Below, piece after piece: positions 25,001-41,608 of a stretch of DNA of 64,000 nt (position 1 is the stretch's first letter; the number at the start of each line of letters is the position of its first letter). Source of the stretch: Eledone cirrhosa (Eukaryota); assembly GCA_964016885.1 (NCBI GenBank), contig OZ024741.1, forward strand, positions 227,416,001-227,480,000. Direction: 5' to 3'. The notes beneath the pieces were generated by a model that ran no database searches, was not told the DNA's origin, and saw only the letters and a program-made list of their open reading frames with translations. A program made the translations under genes and the position numbers.

Positions 25001-28000
25001 CCCGAATGTGCCAATGTGAACTTGGACAAATCGCATAGGGTCATCCAGATCATATCTAGATAGAGTAATTTGTAGAGAAATAGATAGGTCTAGCATAGGC
25101 TGTCCACAATTCAAGATAGTCAACTACACGGACCACAAATTCGTGATCTGTGTACTTGACTTAGATAGGCTTCATAGACGAGGACCCGGCTACTGGAAGC
25201 TAAACGCGTCCTTACAAGCGCGCAAGGCCTACATAGACCGGATTAGCGAACTAGTTAAGCGGGCGTTGATGGGGGCCATCGTCAACAACAAGTGGTGGTT
25301 TGCTCTGAAAAGAGCAATTAGAATAGAGTCCATCAGGTTTAGTAAGGCTTTAGCAATAGAGAAAAATAGAGCAGAGGGAGAACTAGTTAGAAAATTAGAC
25401 GAGACGCTTAGCAAAGGCACCGCGACCGACGTACTTGCGGCGAAATTGGCCCTTGACCAATTCTTCAATGCAAAGCACGAAGGCTGCGTTGTCAGAGCTA
25501 GGGTGCGTGCTCTCAGACACGAGGGAACGAAAGCCGTTCAATGGTCCCGAGTGGCGGAGGAGCGTTGTGGAAACAAAGCCACGATCCGGTCTTTGGTGGA
25601 CCACAACGGGCGCATGCTACTCGATCCCGGGCAAATGTGTGAAGCTTTTCAGCGACACTTCGCTCAGTTGTTCGGGGGCAGCGGCGGGCCGGGTCAAGGG
25701 ATGGACTTTAGTGTCTACCTGGACGGACTGCCGCGGCTCTCGGCCACTGAGGCGGAGTGTTGCGAAAAGCCGATAACAGCCGCTGAAGTACGGGAGGCAA
25801 TGACTAGCTGCACAAGGGGTAAATCGCCTGGTTTGGATGATCTGCCCTATGAACTTTACGTACAGATGCCAGACTTGTTCGGAGGCCTCTTGGCGGATGT
25901 CTACTGCAACTGGCAACAGAACGGGAGAATTCCCAGCTCTGTGAGCCGAGGAGCTGTGGTGTTGCTGAGAAAGGATCCGAACAAGGGGGATAACATAGAT
26001 AATTTTAGGCCCATAACTATGCTAAACACAGAGTTCAAGATTTTGGCCAAGGTGCTAGAAAAGAGGTTGGCGCTTGTCGTTGGTGGTCTGGTGGGAGAGG
26101 CGCAGACATGCGCCATTCCCGACAGATCCATCCACGACAACCTCCACCTCATGCAATAGATCGTAGAGAGGGTAGATAGGGAACCTGGCACGGGTGGGTC
26201 CTTGATCAATTTAGATCAGTCGAAAGCTTTCGATAGGGTCGACCATCGTTACCTAGCGGCAGTCCTGAGGGCGGCTGGTTTTGGGCCCGTCTTCAGAGGC
26301 TGGATCGCTGCCATGCACAGCGACATCTGCTCTGTGGTGAGAGTGAACGGTCACCTTTCGGAACAGTTCAACATCATGCGCTCGGTCCGCCAAGGATGTC
26401 TCCTCTCGTCCCTCTTGTACGTATTGACTCTCCAGCCATTACTGCACAAACTGGAGACGTTGAGGGGCGTCCCGTGCGAAATAGGATGCGGAAGATCCGT
26501 GTCAGCATATGCCGACGATGTCACCGTAGTGGTGTCGAACGCCAAACACATCGAGGCGATCGGCACTACACTAAGAGAATACGAAGCGGTGACAGGAGCA
26601 ATGATCAACCAGGAAAAGTCAGTGGGCCTGCAGCTCGGCACCTGGAGAGGCAGGTCCATGCCGTCCAACAGCGTCTTCGGGCGCTGGACGGACGGACCAG
26701 TTAAATTGCTCGGGGTCTGGTTCGGTCCGGATCTCCAGACGGACAAAAACTGGGACGATGTGACAAGCAGGGTGGCTTCTCTCACCCAGAAATGGGCGGA
26801 GAGGAAGCTATCCCTGAAAGGTCGAGCGGAAGTGGCTAACGCGTATATCGCGTCCGTCATCCATTACCGCCTGACCGTCGTACCTTGTCCTAAGCCCCGC
26901 CTGACTGCGCTGGAGCGTTTGCTCTTTCGCTTTTTGTGGAAGGGACGCGCTCCGATGGTCAGGCGGTCCATCTGCTGTCAGCACCCGCTACATGGAGGGC
27001 TGGGAATGCCGTGGCTAATGATGCGCAGACACGCGCTCAGGCTACGACATCTCCACCTCTTCCTCGACGGTGATCAGGTGTGGTCTCCGTTTGCTAGACA
27101 CATCTTTCCCCAGCTCGTCACCTTGACGGAGCTGCAGTCCTGGGTCAAGCGAAGACCGAGAGGGAGCGCTTGGAGACTGGAATGTCTTCAGGCGCTCACA
27201 GCCCTCGACCAATAGGGCAATGTGATTGGTGGAAACTTCACCTTGGCGTTCTATGGAGGTTTAGTGGAGGGGAAGAGCGACGACATACTTGGGGAAACTC
27301 TAGGCGTCGACGAAAATCAACTAGCCAATCTCTTCGGAAGAATTTCGGGCCGGGGCCCATGGACAACTTCCAGAAATCCCTGGCCTGGCAGTGCTACCGA
27401 GGAGCTTTTCCAGTTCGGGATAAACTCTACAGGCATGGAGGTGCCGTCAGCTGGGCATGTCCGAGATGCGCACAGAGCGACGAAACCGTCCTGCACGCAC
27501 TCGTCCAGTGTCCGAGCATTGCTGACTTGTGGGTTTATGTCGAACACCTGCTGTCGCGTGTGGGACGGATCCAGCTATCAGCTGAGTCCATCGTGAGGAT
27601 TGCTCCGCCCTCTTCCTTTAGCCGGGAAGGGCAGGCAGTTTTTATCTGTCTGGTGGCCATGGCGAAAGAGATAGTATGGTGGACACGTTTGAAAGCGCTG
27701 AAGACGAGCACTTACCTCTTCGGTGATGCCCTGATTAACTTTTTCAAATTTCATTTGAAAAGGAAAATCAGGGTAGAAAGGGAAGTGCTCTTTTCCCAGC
27801 ATTTTGTTGAAAGATGGGTGAGAGAAGCAAGAATGGCCCGAGTGAATGGGCCTACTCTGAGTATATATCTGTAAATTAAAGGTGGAAAACTGGGAGAGGG
27901 CACTTGCCTTGGTGGTCAGGGTCATTGTGGCCTTTTACTGGGCTTTCTCCACAAATGTCCCTCCGAAGTCTACCCCTATTGGGGAATTTTTCATTGTTAT

Positions 28001-28121
28001 TTTTTGTTACATCCTCTATTTTTGTTTTTTACACGCAGAAATGCCCATTTGTACCGTCCTGTATTGTCCTGCACTGTCCTTAATGTCTACTTTATGTAAA
28101 CCCTTGTGGTTAATAAAGAAA

Positions 28122-28123
<2 letters not shown>
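22085..28123 (+). mobile_element. Apparently full-length L1/Tx1-type LINE, inactivated by stops and frameshifts, inserted in (ATT)n
   Basis: ORF1 pieces 22242..24420 with a CFRCGSKTHLRAFC knuckle. ORF2 pieces 24456..27874: APE (SINARGL, ISET, VGDWN, DH), RT (KSPGLD, FRPITMLN, DQSKAFD, VRQGC, YADD) and CPRC..ETVLHALVQC. Ends aataaagaaatc plus (ATT)n. Confidence 0.93.
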
Positions 28124-28185
<62 letters not shown>

Positions 28186-28462
28186 CTCACTAATTTCTCT
28201 CATTCCTCTCCTATTTCTGCACACCATATTCTGTTCTCTCTCTGTTCATACATCTGACAATGCCACTACTAACTCAAGTATATTGTTGCAATGAAAATTG
28301 ATAGAGTGTCGGAAAACCAATTCAGTGTGTGAAAGCATATGAGTTTAGTTTCAAGGAAACATAAATATATATTAAAACACACACGCACACACACAAACTC
28401 ACAAAAGCTCCCATTTGCACAAACACATACACAGAGGCACATAGCAACACACATAAATGTAT

Positions 28463-28521
<59 letters not shown>

Positions 28522-28622
28522 TATATGTGTGTGTGTGTATGTGTGTGTGTGTGTATGTGTGTATGTGTGTGTGCATACATATGTATGCATATATGTATAA
28601 AATGTATATAAATGTGTGTATA

Positions 28623-28665
<43 letters not shown>

Positions 28666-28667
<2 letters not shown>

Positions 28668-30309
28668 CAATATATTTAGAAACACACAGATACATGCGGA
28701 CACAGACATATATACATGAATGCATCCGCACCCAACTGTGAGTTAAGGGTGCCAACTTCACCGATGTTGCTCAATGAATGACTGGGACAGACCAATTCAG
28801 TTGAACTAGACTGAACCAGTATCAGAGTTAAAAATACATTATGAAGAGAGAAGAAACATTTAGATATAATTAGTAATAAAATGTATCATACCTAAACTGC
28901 TCCTAAATTCCTCGACTACGTAGTTTCGTGGCATAAACAAAAACAATATATCATAAAGACATAGAGTCCTTGCGAGGTCTGCCGACTTATCAAGAGGATA
29001 CCTCATTTTACTAGTCTCAAGAACGCGTCTACACGACGTGAGAAAGAATCCCAAAAGGCGGAGGGGCAGATAGTCACGCGATATAACGGTCGAGAAACAG
29101 AGCTAAGCCTCTTATAACCCCGAAGAAAATACCACGGAGGCGGAGGGGGTATTCATATCGAGGCCGTAGAAGAGGTGGTGAAGAAGGCGAGAAGTATGAG
29201 TAATGGAAGCTTTCCAGCTGTCCCCACACTTCAAAGATTGCTCGACCAGAGGGAGTTATTAACAATATATTTAGAAACACACAGATACATGCAGACACAC
29301 ACATATATACATGAATGCATCCGCACCCAACTGTGAGTTAAGGGTGCCAACTTCACCGATGTTGCTCAATGAATGACTGGGACAGACCAATTCAGTTGAA
29401 CTAGACTGAACCAGTATCAGAGTTAAAAATACATTATGAAGAGAGAAGAAACATTTAGATATAATTAGTAATAAAATGTATCATACCTAAACTGCTCCTA
29501 AATTCCTCGACTACGTAGTTTCGTGGCATAAACAAAAACAATATATCATAAAGACATAGAGTCCTTGCGAGGTCTGCCGACTTATCAAGAGGATACCTCA
29601 TTTTACTAGTCTCAAGAACGCGTCTACACGACGTGAGAAAGAATCCCAAAAGGCGGAGGGGGAGATAGTCACGCGATATAACGGTCGAGAAACAGAGCTA
29701 AGCCTCTTATAACCCCGAAGAAAATACCACGGAGGCGGAGGGGGTATTCATATCGAGGCCGTAGAAGAGGTGGTGAAGAAGGCGAGAAGTATGAGTAATG
29801 GAAGCTTTCCAGCTGTCCCCACACTTCAAAGATTGCTCGACCAGAGGGAGTTATTAACAATATATTTAGAAACACACAGATACATGCGGACACACACATA
29901 TATACATGAATGCATCCGCACCCAACTGTGAGTTAAGGGTGCCAACTTCACCGATGTTGCTCAATGAATGACTGGAACAGACCAATTCAGTTGAACTAGA
30001 CTGAACCAGTATCAGAGTTAAAAATACATTATGAAGAGAGAAGAAACATTTAGATATAATTAGTAATAAAATGTATCATACCTAAACTGCTCCTAAATTC
30101 CTCGACTACGTAGTTTCGTGGCATAAACAAAAACAATATATCATAAAGACATAGAGTCCTTGCGAGGTCTGCCTCGCAAGGACTCTATGTCTTTATGATA
30201 TATTGTTTTTGTTTATGCCACGAAACTACGTAGTCGAGGAATTTAGGAGCAGTTTAGGTATGATACATTTTATTACTAATTATATCTAAATGTTTCTTCT
30301 CTCTTCATA

Positions 30310-30315
<6 letters not shown>
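28666..30315. mobile_element. Tandem 595-bp retrozyme-like array (about 2.5 units, ribozyme sense minus) with a 145-bp inverted arm, (TA)n-flanked
   Basis: Near-identical units (duplicate ORFs at 28860/29455 and 29074/29669). 30172..30315 is the reverse complement of the preceding sequence. Confidence 0.9.
28909..28998 (-). ncRNA. Variant type I hammerhead (U3-A8 core, extended stem II); second copy at 29504..29593
   Basis: TCCTC-TTGATAA-GTCGGC...GCCAC-GAAA-CTACGTAG-TC-GAGGA. Confidence 0.72.
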
Positions 30316-30379
<64 letters not shown>

Positions 30380-31745
30380 AATCAGGAAAGAAGGTTGACA
30401 TGGTTTGCTATACAAAAACGGTTTTTAATCTCATTGCTGACAATTGTTTCTCTGAACTGGTAGGTCTAGAGATCGCTATTCGCTTGTCTTCACGTTACTC
30501 GATCGCCAATACAAAATTATAACCAGTCAGTTCTTCGGAGCATGCGAGAATGAAGAGAATATACAGGCATGAAAGGAATATACAGGCTACTATATCAAGT
30601 AGTAATGGCATTCAGTTAGAACAATAACAACAATTACAACAATGCTATTAATAAATTATTTGAGGAGACCCTGACATTACATTAGGTGGGGGGGGGGGGT
30701 ATAGTGTATCTAAGATTTCGGCGTGTAAAACTAGCTGACATGAAGCAGAAGTATAAGTTTGGCATGTACGGAGTGTCGTAGGGTGTATTGTATCAATTTT
30801 AAAGATAAGCCGGTGTTTACAGTCTTTCTTTTCATCTTCAATAACATACATGAATGGGACAACACTGTCAAAGCTAAATAGTGGGCGAGTTAATACAGAG
30901 GTTAAGGAGGTAATACATATATATATATATACACATATATATATACACATATACACACACATATATATATATATATATATACACACGCATGTGTACATAG
31001 ACACATACATACACATCAATATACACTCGTACAGAAATATACATACATGCAAAGAGATAAGCGTGCTGATTGTAATTATGGCAAAAGGAAGGTAAAGTTA
31101 CATTGTAGTAGTGATTTGAGAAATTCTTGGATTTAGGATCAAGTTATGGCAGCAGCTGAGAAGGAATAAGTTTATGGGTTGATGAGGTACTTACAGACAT
31201 TTGTGTGGTATAGACCTGTGAAGGCTAGAGTATACTTAATGAGTATATTTCTGTGGTGATTTATGCAGGATAGTGGGTATCATAGTTTAAAGCTATGTTG
31301 TGTTGGTTCGATTCACGGAGGTTTGAATCTTATGAATTTAGTGGCAATTCTATGTCTGCAGAAGATAGATCTTTCTAACTTATTGTTAAGTAGCCTTTTT
31401 ACATTTTTGAGGATATACATTAGTTCTAGATCACATAGCCCGCAGTGGGACATACCTGTACTATAGGTTTTAGCAGCCGACAACTTCGACCAGTTAATAC
31501 TGTAGTTAGTGCTGCTGACCTTCAGTTCCCATATTTTTTTGGCGAGGGTTGTGGAACCCATAAGTGCACGGTTTTTCATTGAGTGCCTGTGCACATACCA
31601 TCTTTTTTTAAAAGAACCCGCGGTGGATCCTATGTAATTCGGGGTGGAGTTATCCGAGTTGACCGTGCACATGTATACTAGGCTCGAATCGAGACATCTG
31701 TTCGCCAATGGGCACCTATCTGGTAGGTGACAGTTACAGTTTGAA
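30380..31745 (-). mobile_element. Penelope-like element 3' part (GIY-YIG, Naiad-like) with downstream HHR-like motif
   Basis: ORF 31313..31708: CPL..CL..LVY, YIGST..FKKRW..H, LAKKIWELK, CGLC, LLN..E and CRH. At 30435..30542: TGCT-CCGAAGA..long stem II..GAAA-CAATTG-TC-AGCA. Confidence 0.8.
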
Positions 31746-31854
31746 AACGCCTTGTTGAGTCAAACCAAGCCAAGCGTTGATATCATCCACTACCCGGAAT
31801 ACCATAACTGGACTACACCTAAGTGGACTGCATATAACTATTATTTGTTACCCC

Positions 31855-31902
<48 letters not shown>

Positions 31903-31904
<2 letters not shown>

Positions 31905-32127
31905 TCACCGTATTTTTGACTAAAGAAATTGTAGCCTGATAATGGGGTTTAGATGAGTATTTAGATGAGTATTGACGTACATGTACGTCAATACTCATCT
32001 TTTTCCATTTATCTGAGGGTTCTAAACCCCATTATCAGGCTAAAATTTCTTTAGTAAAAAATACGGTGAAAGCTATTCTATTTTCTAATTTCAAACCTGC
32101 TCACTGTTTCAAAAACATACTTACTTG

Positions 32128-32130
<3 letters not shown>
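31903..32130. repeat. (TA)n-flanked foldback element
   Basis: ttcaccgtattttt...gacgtac and gtacgtc...aaaaatacggtgaa arms centred near 31981. Confidence 0.75.
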
Positions 32131-32462
<332 letters not shown>

Positions 32463-32479
32463 TATAGTATATATAGTAA

Positions 32480-32823
32480 TCATGGCTTAGTGGTTAGAGC
32501 ATTGGGCTTGCAAACGGAAGGTTGTGACTTCGACTCACGGACCAGGTGATGCATTGTGTCCTTGAGCAAGACACTTTATTTCACGTTGCTCCAGTTTACT
32601 CAGCTGTAGAAATGAGTTGCGACGGCACTGGTGCCAAGCTGTATCGGCCATTCATTCCCACTCTCTTGGACATCATCAGTGGCATGGAGAGGGGAGACTG
32701 GTATGCATGGGCGACTGCTGCTATTCTACAAACAACCTTGCCCGGACATGTACCTCGGAGTGAAACTTTCTAGGTGCAAATCTCATGGTCATTCCTGATT
32801 GAAGGGAGTCTTTACACTTTTAT

Positions 32824-32825
<2 letters not shown>
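32480..32825 (+). mobile_element. tRNA-derived SINE (family S2) with conserved central domain
   Basis: A-box tggcttagtggt, B-box-like gacttcgactc, and central tgtgtccttgagcaagacacttt shared with 55990..56310. Confidence 0.8.
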
Positions 32826-32899
<74 letters not shown>

Positions 32900-35800
32900 C
32901 TCTTCTGGTTTTGTAATTTCACAAATGTTTACCAATAGAGAGAGAGTCGGTTTCTAACATAGAGACAAGACTCTCTCATTGGAATTTACACATCAACTAG
33001 GTAGATATGTATGAATGCATGTGTAGATATGGATGTTATTGTATGTGTGGATGTGTATGTTTTGAGTTGTATGTGTGCATGTGTATATGCTTTGCATCTG
33101 TACATGTGTATATGCAGTTATTAGATGCAAAATCTTTGGAATGTTTTACATATTTTTACTGTTCCATTAATGGATTGTACTTGTAATTTCACAACTAGTT
33201 GTGTTCTTTCTGTTCCTGTGAAGCCTAGCTTCTCAAGAATTGTATTGAGGCAGTTACTAACATACCCCAGAGCCCCAATAATCACAGGCATAAATCTGAA
33301 GGTGTAATCAGGGTGGAGTATCTGCAGATTTCTCATCAGTTCTGCATAAATATTCTCCTTTTCACTAATCTTTGATATTATATTGGCATCTGCTGGGCAG
33401 CAAATTTCCACTACTGTGCATGCTTTCTTCTCCTTGTCCCATATCATAATATCTGGTCTGTTATGCCTGCATTTTATTGGGGTTTTTACTGGAACATTCC
33501 ACCAGTACTCTTTCATATTATGTACATGAATGTCTTCCACATTGCTGTAGCTTTTATTGTGTTCATTATCGGGACTATCTTGTTTACGAACTGCATTGTG
33601 TACAGTGTTTTGGCCACTACATCATGCCCCATATGTAGATAGTACCGCGATGACATCTTTGTACAGCTGCTGATGACATGGGTGATATACTCGATGTGAA
33701 TTCTGCAGAGTCTGCACTTGTTATCACATCTAGGTGTTTTGCCTGCATCCCTATCTCTTTTGTGAATCAGTTATTTCGTGTTAATCTCCTGTTCCTCGAT
33801 TGCAAAAGCGTATCCTTCAAAGTGGGAGCCAATATAGCGGCTGTTGGTCCAAGATAGACTACTTTCATTATCTATATTACTCTCACTCTGGAGCTTCCTG
33901 GCAACATATCCATGCATGAGATTTTGCTGATAAGCATGCAGTTTTTCATCCATGGATTCAATGCGATACTGCTGAGCGACTTCCCTGTGTGTGAGTTTTT
34001 GATTATCACACAGGGAATATCTCTCGAGGAGTTCCTTCCCAACTCTCATGATCTTATCTGTTTCATGCAGATATACTTGCTCGAGAAACGGGCTCCTACG
34101 CTTCGAGGTTCGTAGATGTTGTCGGAGAGATATGATGCGACATTCAAATGTTGTCTGGAATGATGTTAGGCCTCTGCCTCCCTGCTTACGTTTCAAGTAA
34201 AGGCGGTCTATGTCACTGTTGAATTGGAAGTTTCCGGTGTTGTTTAGTATTTTTCGAGTTCCAACATCAACTGCTCGGATTTCGTATATCGTCCAATTGA
34301 GTATTCCAAACGTTGGTGTTAGGACAGGCACAGCAAACACATTGTGAGCCACTGTTTTGTTTTGCGCAGAGAGTTCCGATGACCAGATCTTTCTTAATCG
34401 GGTGTAGTATTCCCTGGTTACGCGTTCTTTATTACAGACACCATTATAGGATATGTTCTCATCTATCCCCAGGTATCTGTAGCAGTCCTCATCAGATATC
34501 GGTGAAACAGTTAGGCCATTGATGACAATGTTGTTAGATTGGGCTGTTGTTTTTCCCCGGTTTACAATCATGTATGAGCATTTATCTTGGCCAAACTCCA
34601 TTCCTATATCCTTTGAGAACGTTGTAACCAGGTCAAGATTTTTATTCATCCCATCCACGTTCTTGGCATAGAGTTTCAGATCGTCCAGAAAGAAATTAAG
34701 GGTTAGGTTCGTATTTCTGTCCTCCTGTGAGCCAATGATGTATCCCTCACATTTCTTGAGCAGAAAGGATAAGGGGTTTAATGACAAGATGAATAATATT
34801 ACAGAGAGACTGTCCCCCTGAAATATACCCCTGCAATATTTTATTTTATCAGCGAAAATAGAGTCCTCTCTGTCTTTAATCTTAGGATAGTAGCCCAAGA
34901 AGAAGACAGCCTCTCTATGGCTCTGACAATAATGTCTGGGACTTTAGCAAGTTGGAGGGCCTCTATCATACAAGAGTGGGGTTACAGAATCGAAAGCTTT
35001 CCTGTAGTCCAGCCAGACTGTAGTCATATTCCTCCTAAGTTGTCGCACCTCCGACATCGCAGTTTTGTTGATTAGGAGTTGTTCAGCACATCCCCAAACC
35101 CCTCTCTTTCCAGCTGCTTGTTCATCTGTGATGATGTTATTATTTTCACAGTGATCTTGGAGGAATTGGTTCAGGCAGGCTGTATACATCTTATACATCT
35201 GGTTCTGGCATGCAATGGGTCGGAAGTTTTTTGCCAAGTGGGTGTCTTTGTTCTTGGGGACCAGTAATGTTTGTGCTAATATCAACCATTCTGGTATCAG
35301 TGTATCTCTCTTAAGAACTTGTTGGTAGAGGTCAGTAAGATACCTCCGATAGAATATCAGTTTTTTCTACCAGTAGCCGATAATCATGTCTCTTCCTGGT
35401 GTTTTCTTATCTTGGAGTTTTCCTATCACAGTCTCAAGGGTACCCTCACTTATTTCGTATGTTTTTGTTGTAGTGTAGGAGCAATAGTTCTTTCGGATTT
35501 CTCTTAGCCACACTACATCTTGGTTGACATTCTTCTTTTCACCCCATATTTTTCTCCAAAGGAATCTGTCTTTCTGGGATGGGACTTCAGTGACACTTAT
35601 TTTTCTGTTCTTCATATCTCTATAGACTGATGTTTGGTTTCGTCTGCATCTTTTATTAAGCACTTTTCTCTCATCTACCTTCTTCAGGTATCGGCGTTTT
35701 TCACTAACAGCTCTCAATTCTTGTTTGAGGCTGATCAACTTATATTGGAGAGTTCTGGTTCTACTGTTACCAAACATCGTCTCTATTTTATTTTTCACTC

Positions 35801-36993
35801 TTTGTTGGTGAGGAGTGAGGTTTTTGTGTGTTTGTTTGCATGTAAGGAGCATTGTCACATATCCTATGGTTTTACGTAGGTCAGCAATCTTTTTTTCTAT
35901 TTTAGTTATATATGATGGTAATTATGGTGGTGTTCTGTTCTCGTTAATATCTCTGCTATCACAAAGATAATGCTTCACTATCGTTGCTAGGGCATATAAA
36001 CAGGCGTTGATTTGCCAAAATGTTGGGGTTTTTATCCGTCGTAAATATTCATCCCCTATTTCGTCAATAACACGTAATATTTCATTATTTTTTTATTTTT
36101 TATTATTAAACATTGTCGTTTTAACACGTTCAGCAAAAGAGATATTTATACATGAGTTAATTTCTCTCTGGAAGATTTCGTTGAGGGAAATTTTCAATTA
36201 TATACTTTTGATTATTATCATTATCGATAGTATTTTCCACAACAGTCTAGGTAGACTCGGATTGTATGTGGTGTCAAATTTCTTCGATTATTATTATTAT
36301 CGATAGTGTTTTCCCCAGCATTCGAGGTAGACTTAGATGGTACAGGTGGTGTCAAGTTTCTTACAGGCATAGTTAATTCAAGACGCTGTTCGATCTGGCT
36401 GCTAGGAAGTCTAGTAGCATGGCGACCTGTAGCACGTGTTGTTGATAAAATGTTTGTTGTAGGGGACTTACAATTAATAATATTTATCTTATTTTTACGT
36501 TCAACAAACGTCGCTTGTTGGCGTAATTGTTTCGCTGTGAAATAATTTAGCTCTGGGTGCATTTCGTCCCAGTGTAGCTTCATTCTGTTCATATAGCCAA
36601 TGGAGAGATTGTTTTTTGCCATTTTATAACAATTAAATAAATCATTATTAAGTTCGCAACTCCAAGAGAAATGCGATTTATAATTTCGGTTTCTTCTGTA
36701 GCTACAACTGAATACAGTTTCATTACCTTCCTTAATTCATTACTTCCTTAATTCTTTTGTTGATGTTGTGTTCAGCCATGCTGTTTGTAGCAAATCCTTG
36801 TAAAATGAATTATGTATTTAGTCGGATATCTCTACGAATTCGAATAAAAGGTGTCTTCAGAAGATATAGTTAGAAGAATAACCAGTTATTCAACATGACT
36901 GTAGTTGTGGCATTACTGTCGGAGATAGTATTGATCTTAAATTTAATAAATATTCTCCCACGTCAAAATATGCGACTGATCGGGTTGACTGTC
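32900..36993 (-). mobile_element. Near full-length R4-clade RT/RLE LINE (family D), decayed, with (CATA)n at its 5' flank
   Basis: ORF pieces with KTPGRD, FRPIAC, WLDYRKAFDS, GIFQGDSLS, FLDDLKL and HNRPD..VVEI..KENIY. (TATG)n at 36995 and a catacata tail at about 32895. Confidence 0.9.
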
Positions 36994-37115
36994 TATGTGT
37001 ATGTATGTATGTATGTATGTATGTATGTATGTATGTATGTATGTATGTATGTATGTATGTATGTATGTATGTATGTATGTATGTATGTTTGTATGTATGT
37101 ATATATATATATATG

Positions 37116-37217
<102 letters not shown>

Positions 37218-37219
37218 TG

Positions 37220-37250
<31 letters not shown>

Positions 37251-37388
37251 TTAAAAGTTAAACAATGTTCAATGAATACAAAAAAGAATGAGTTTTACAA
37301 TAGATTGGAAGCACTCAACAGGAAAGGTTTTCCAGAGTGGATTATTAATTCAAAATATTAACAAAATAGATATTCATGTGATCAATTA

Positions 37389-37455
37389 TATTTTATTATA
37401 CATATTTCAGAGGTACTGAGTTAAGTTTAACAGTACGTCCTCATCAGATAAAATA
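37389..37455 (-). ncRNA. Type I hammerhead ribozyme in an AT-rich, TA-flanked element (about 37250..38330)
   Basis: TATTTTAT-CTGATGA-GGAcGTACTG..CAGTACcTCT-GAAA-TATGTA-TA-ATAAAATA. Confidence 0.8.
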
Positions 37456-38409
37456 GGATGATGCATGACATACCCTGACAAAGTAGATGGTTAAGATTCA
37501 GTCATGGTAGTGATTAACATATGACAAAACTCAATATTTATACCTTAATATTGAGAACATGAGATAACATAATACAAACAATAGAGAGGGTGCGTGTAAT
37601 ACAGCTTAAAAAATACATGGCATCAATATAACAGTTAAACATTAAAAAAAAAAAAACTACTGAAGAAAGAGGATGGAAAGAAAAACATAGAGGAAGAAAC
37701 AGCTGATGTGATAATATATTTAATAGGTGGCTCGAAAAAACAAATGAAAGATGATTATAGAGAGAGAGACAAAGGGGAGTAATTTATGTTCAAGTTTATA
37801 TACAATTTTCCATATACCCAAATTAATATAGTTGGCCGTTAATATTCAAAATATTTAATCTAAGTTATTTCAGAGTAATGAATAATATTTCAGGTTTTAA
37901 AAGTTAATAGGTATTTGTATTAATATTATAATTATGTTTAATTTTTAAAATTCAAATTTTATGAAAACAAATTTAAAGGATTTACGAAACACGAGAAAGA
38001 AAATATATAATGCTTTTATACCCTCACGAAGGTAATCTTTACCAAAATTATTTATAATATTGACAACAGTTTATATAATACAATTCATAAAATAATTCTA
38101 GTTATAATTATTAAATAATTTATTGTTAAATAGGTTGAGTGCCTAAAGGATCAACCGACTTTATAACTAAACTTAAAGAAGTCTGAATTTTTAATTATAT
38201 ATATGTGTTGATAAAAAAATATACAAGGATTATAGTTTATTATTTGTTTATAATTGAGGTGAAACCTTTCAAATATATATAATATAATACAATAATATAA
38301 TATAGTAAATAAGTTACTGAAAATATTGTTCACAAAATATATATACGGCTAATTCTGGACAGAATTAGCCGTCGAAACGGCTTGAGCTCAGCCGTCGGGG
38401 TCCTACTCT

Positions 38410-38473
<64 letters not shown>

Positions 38474-38672
38474 ATATATATATATGTGTATATATATATA
38501 TATATAGGAACCAGTAAGACCCCGACAGCTGAGCTCAAGCTGAATTAGCCGTCGAAACGGCTTGAGCTCAGCTGTCGGGGTCTTACTGGTTCCTATTATC
38601 CACTCTACTACCTCAAGTATTGAGTACTTTGGTGCGTTATGGTCCACCTGGTTCCTTACCACATTTCCTTCG

Positions 38673-38732
<60 letters not shown>

Positions 38733-38744
38733 ATATATATATAT

Positions 38745-41608
<2,864 letters not shown>

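Noticed and set aside
28860-29899. 64-aa and 76-aa ORFs repeated in the 595-bp unit
   Set aside because: Short, no recognisable motif, and identical only because the unit is duplicated.
32480-32545. tRNA gene
   Set aside because: A/B boxes are present but run into a SINE body; no complete cloverleaf.
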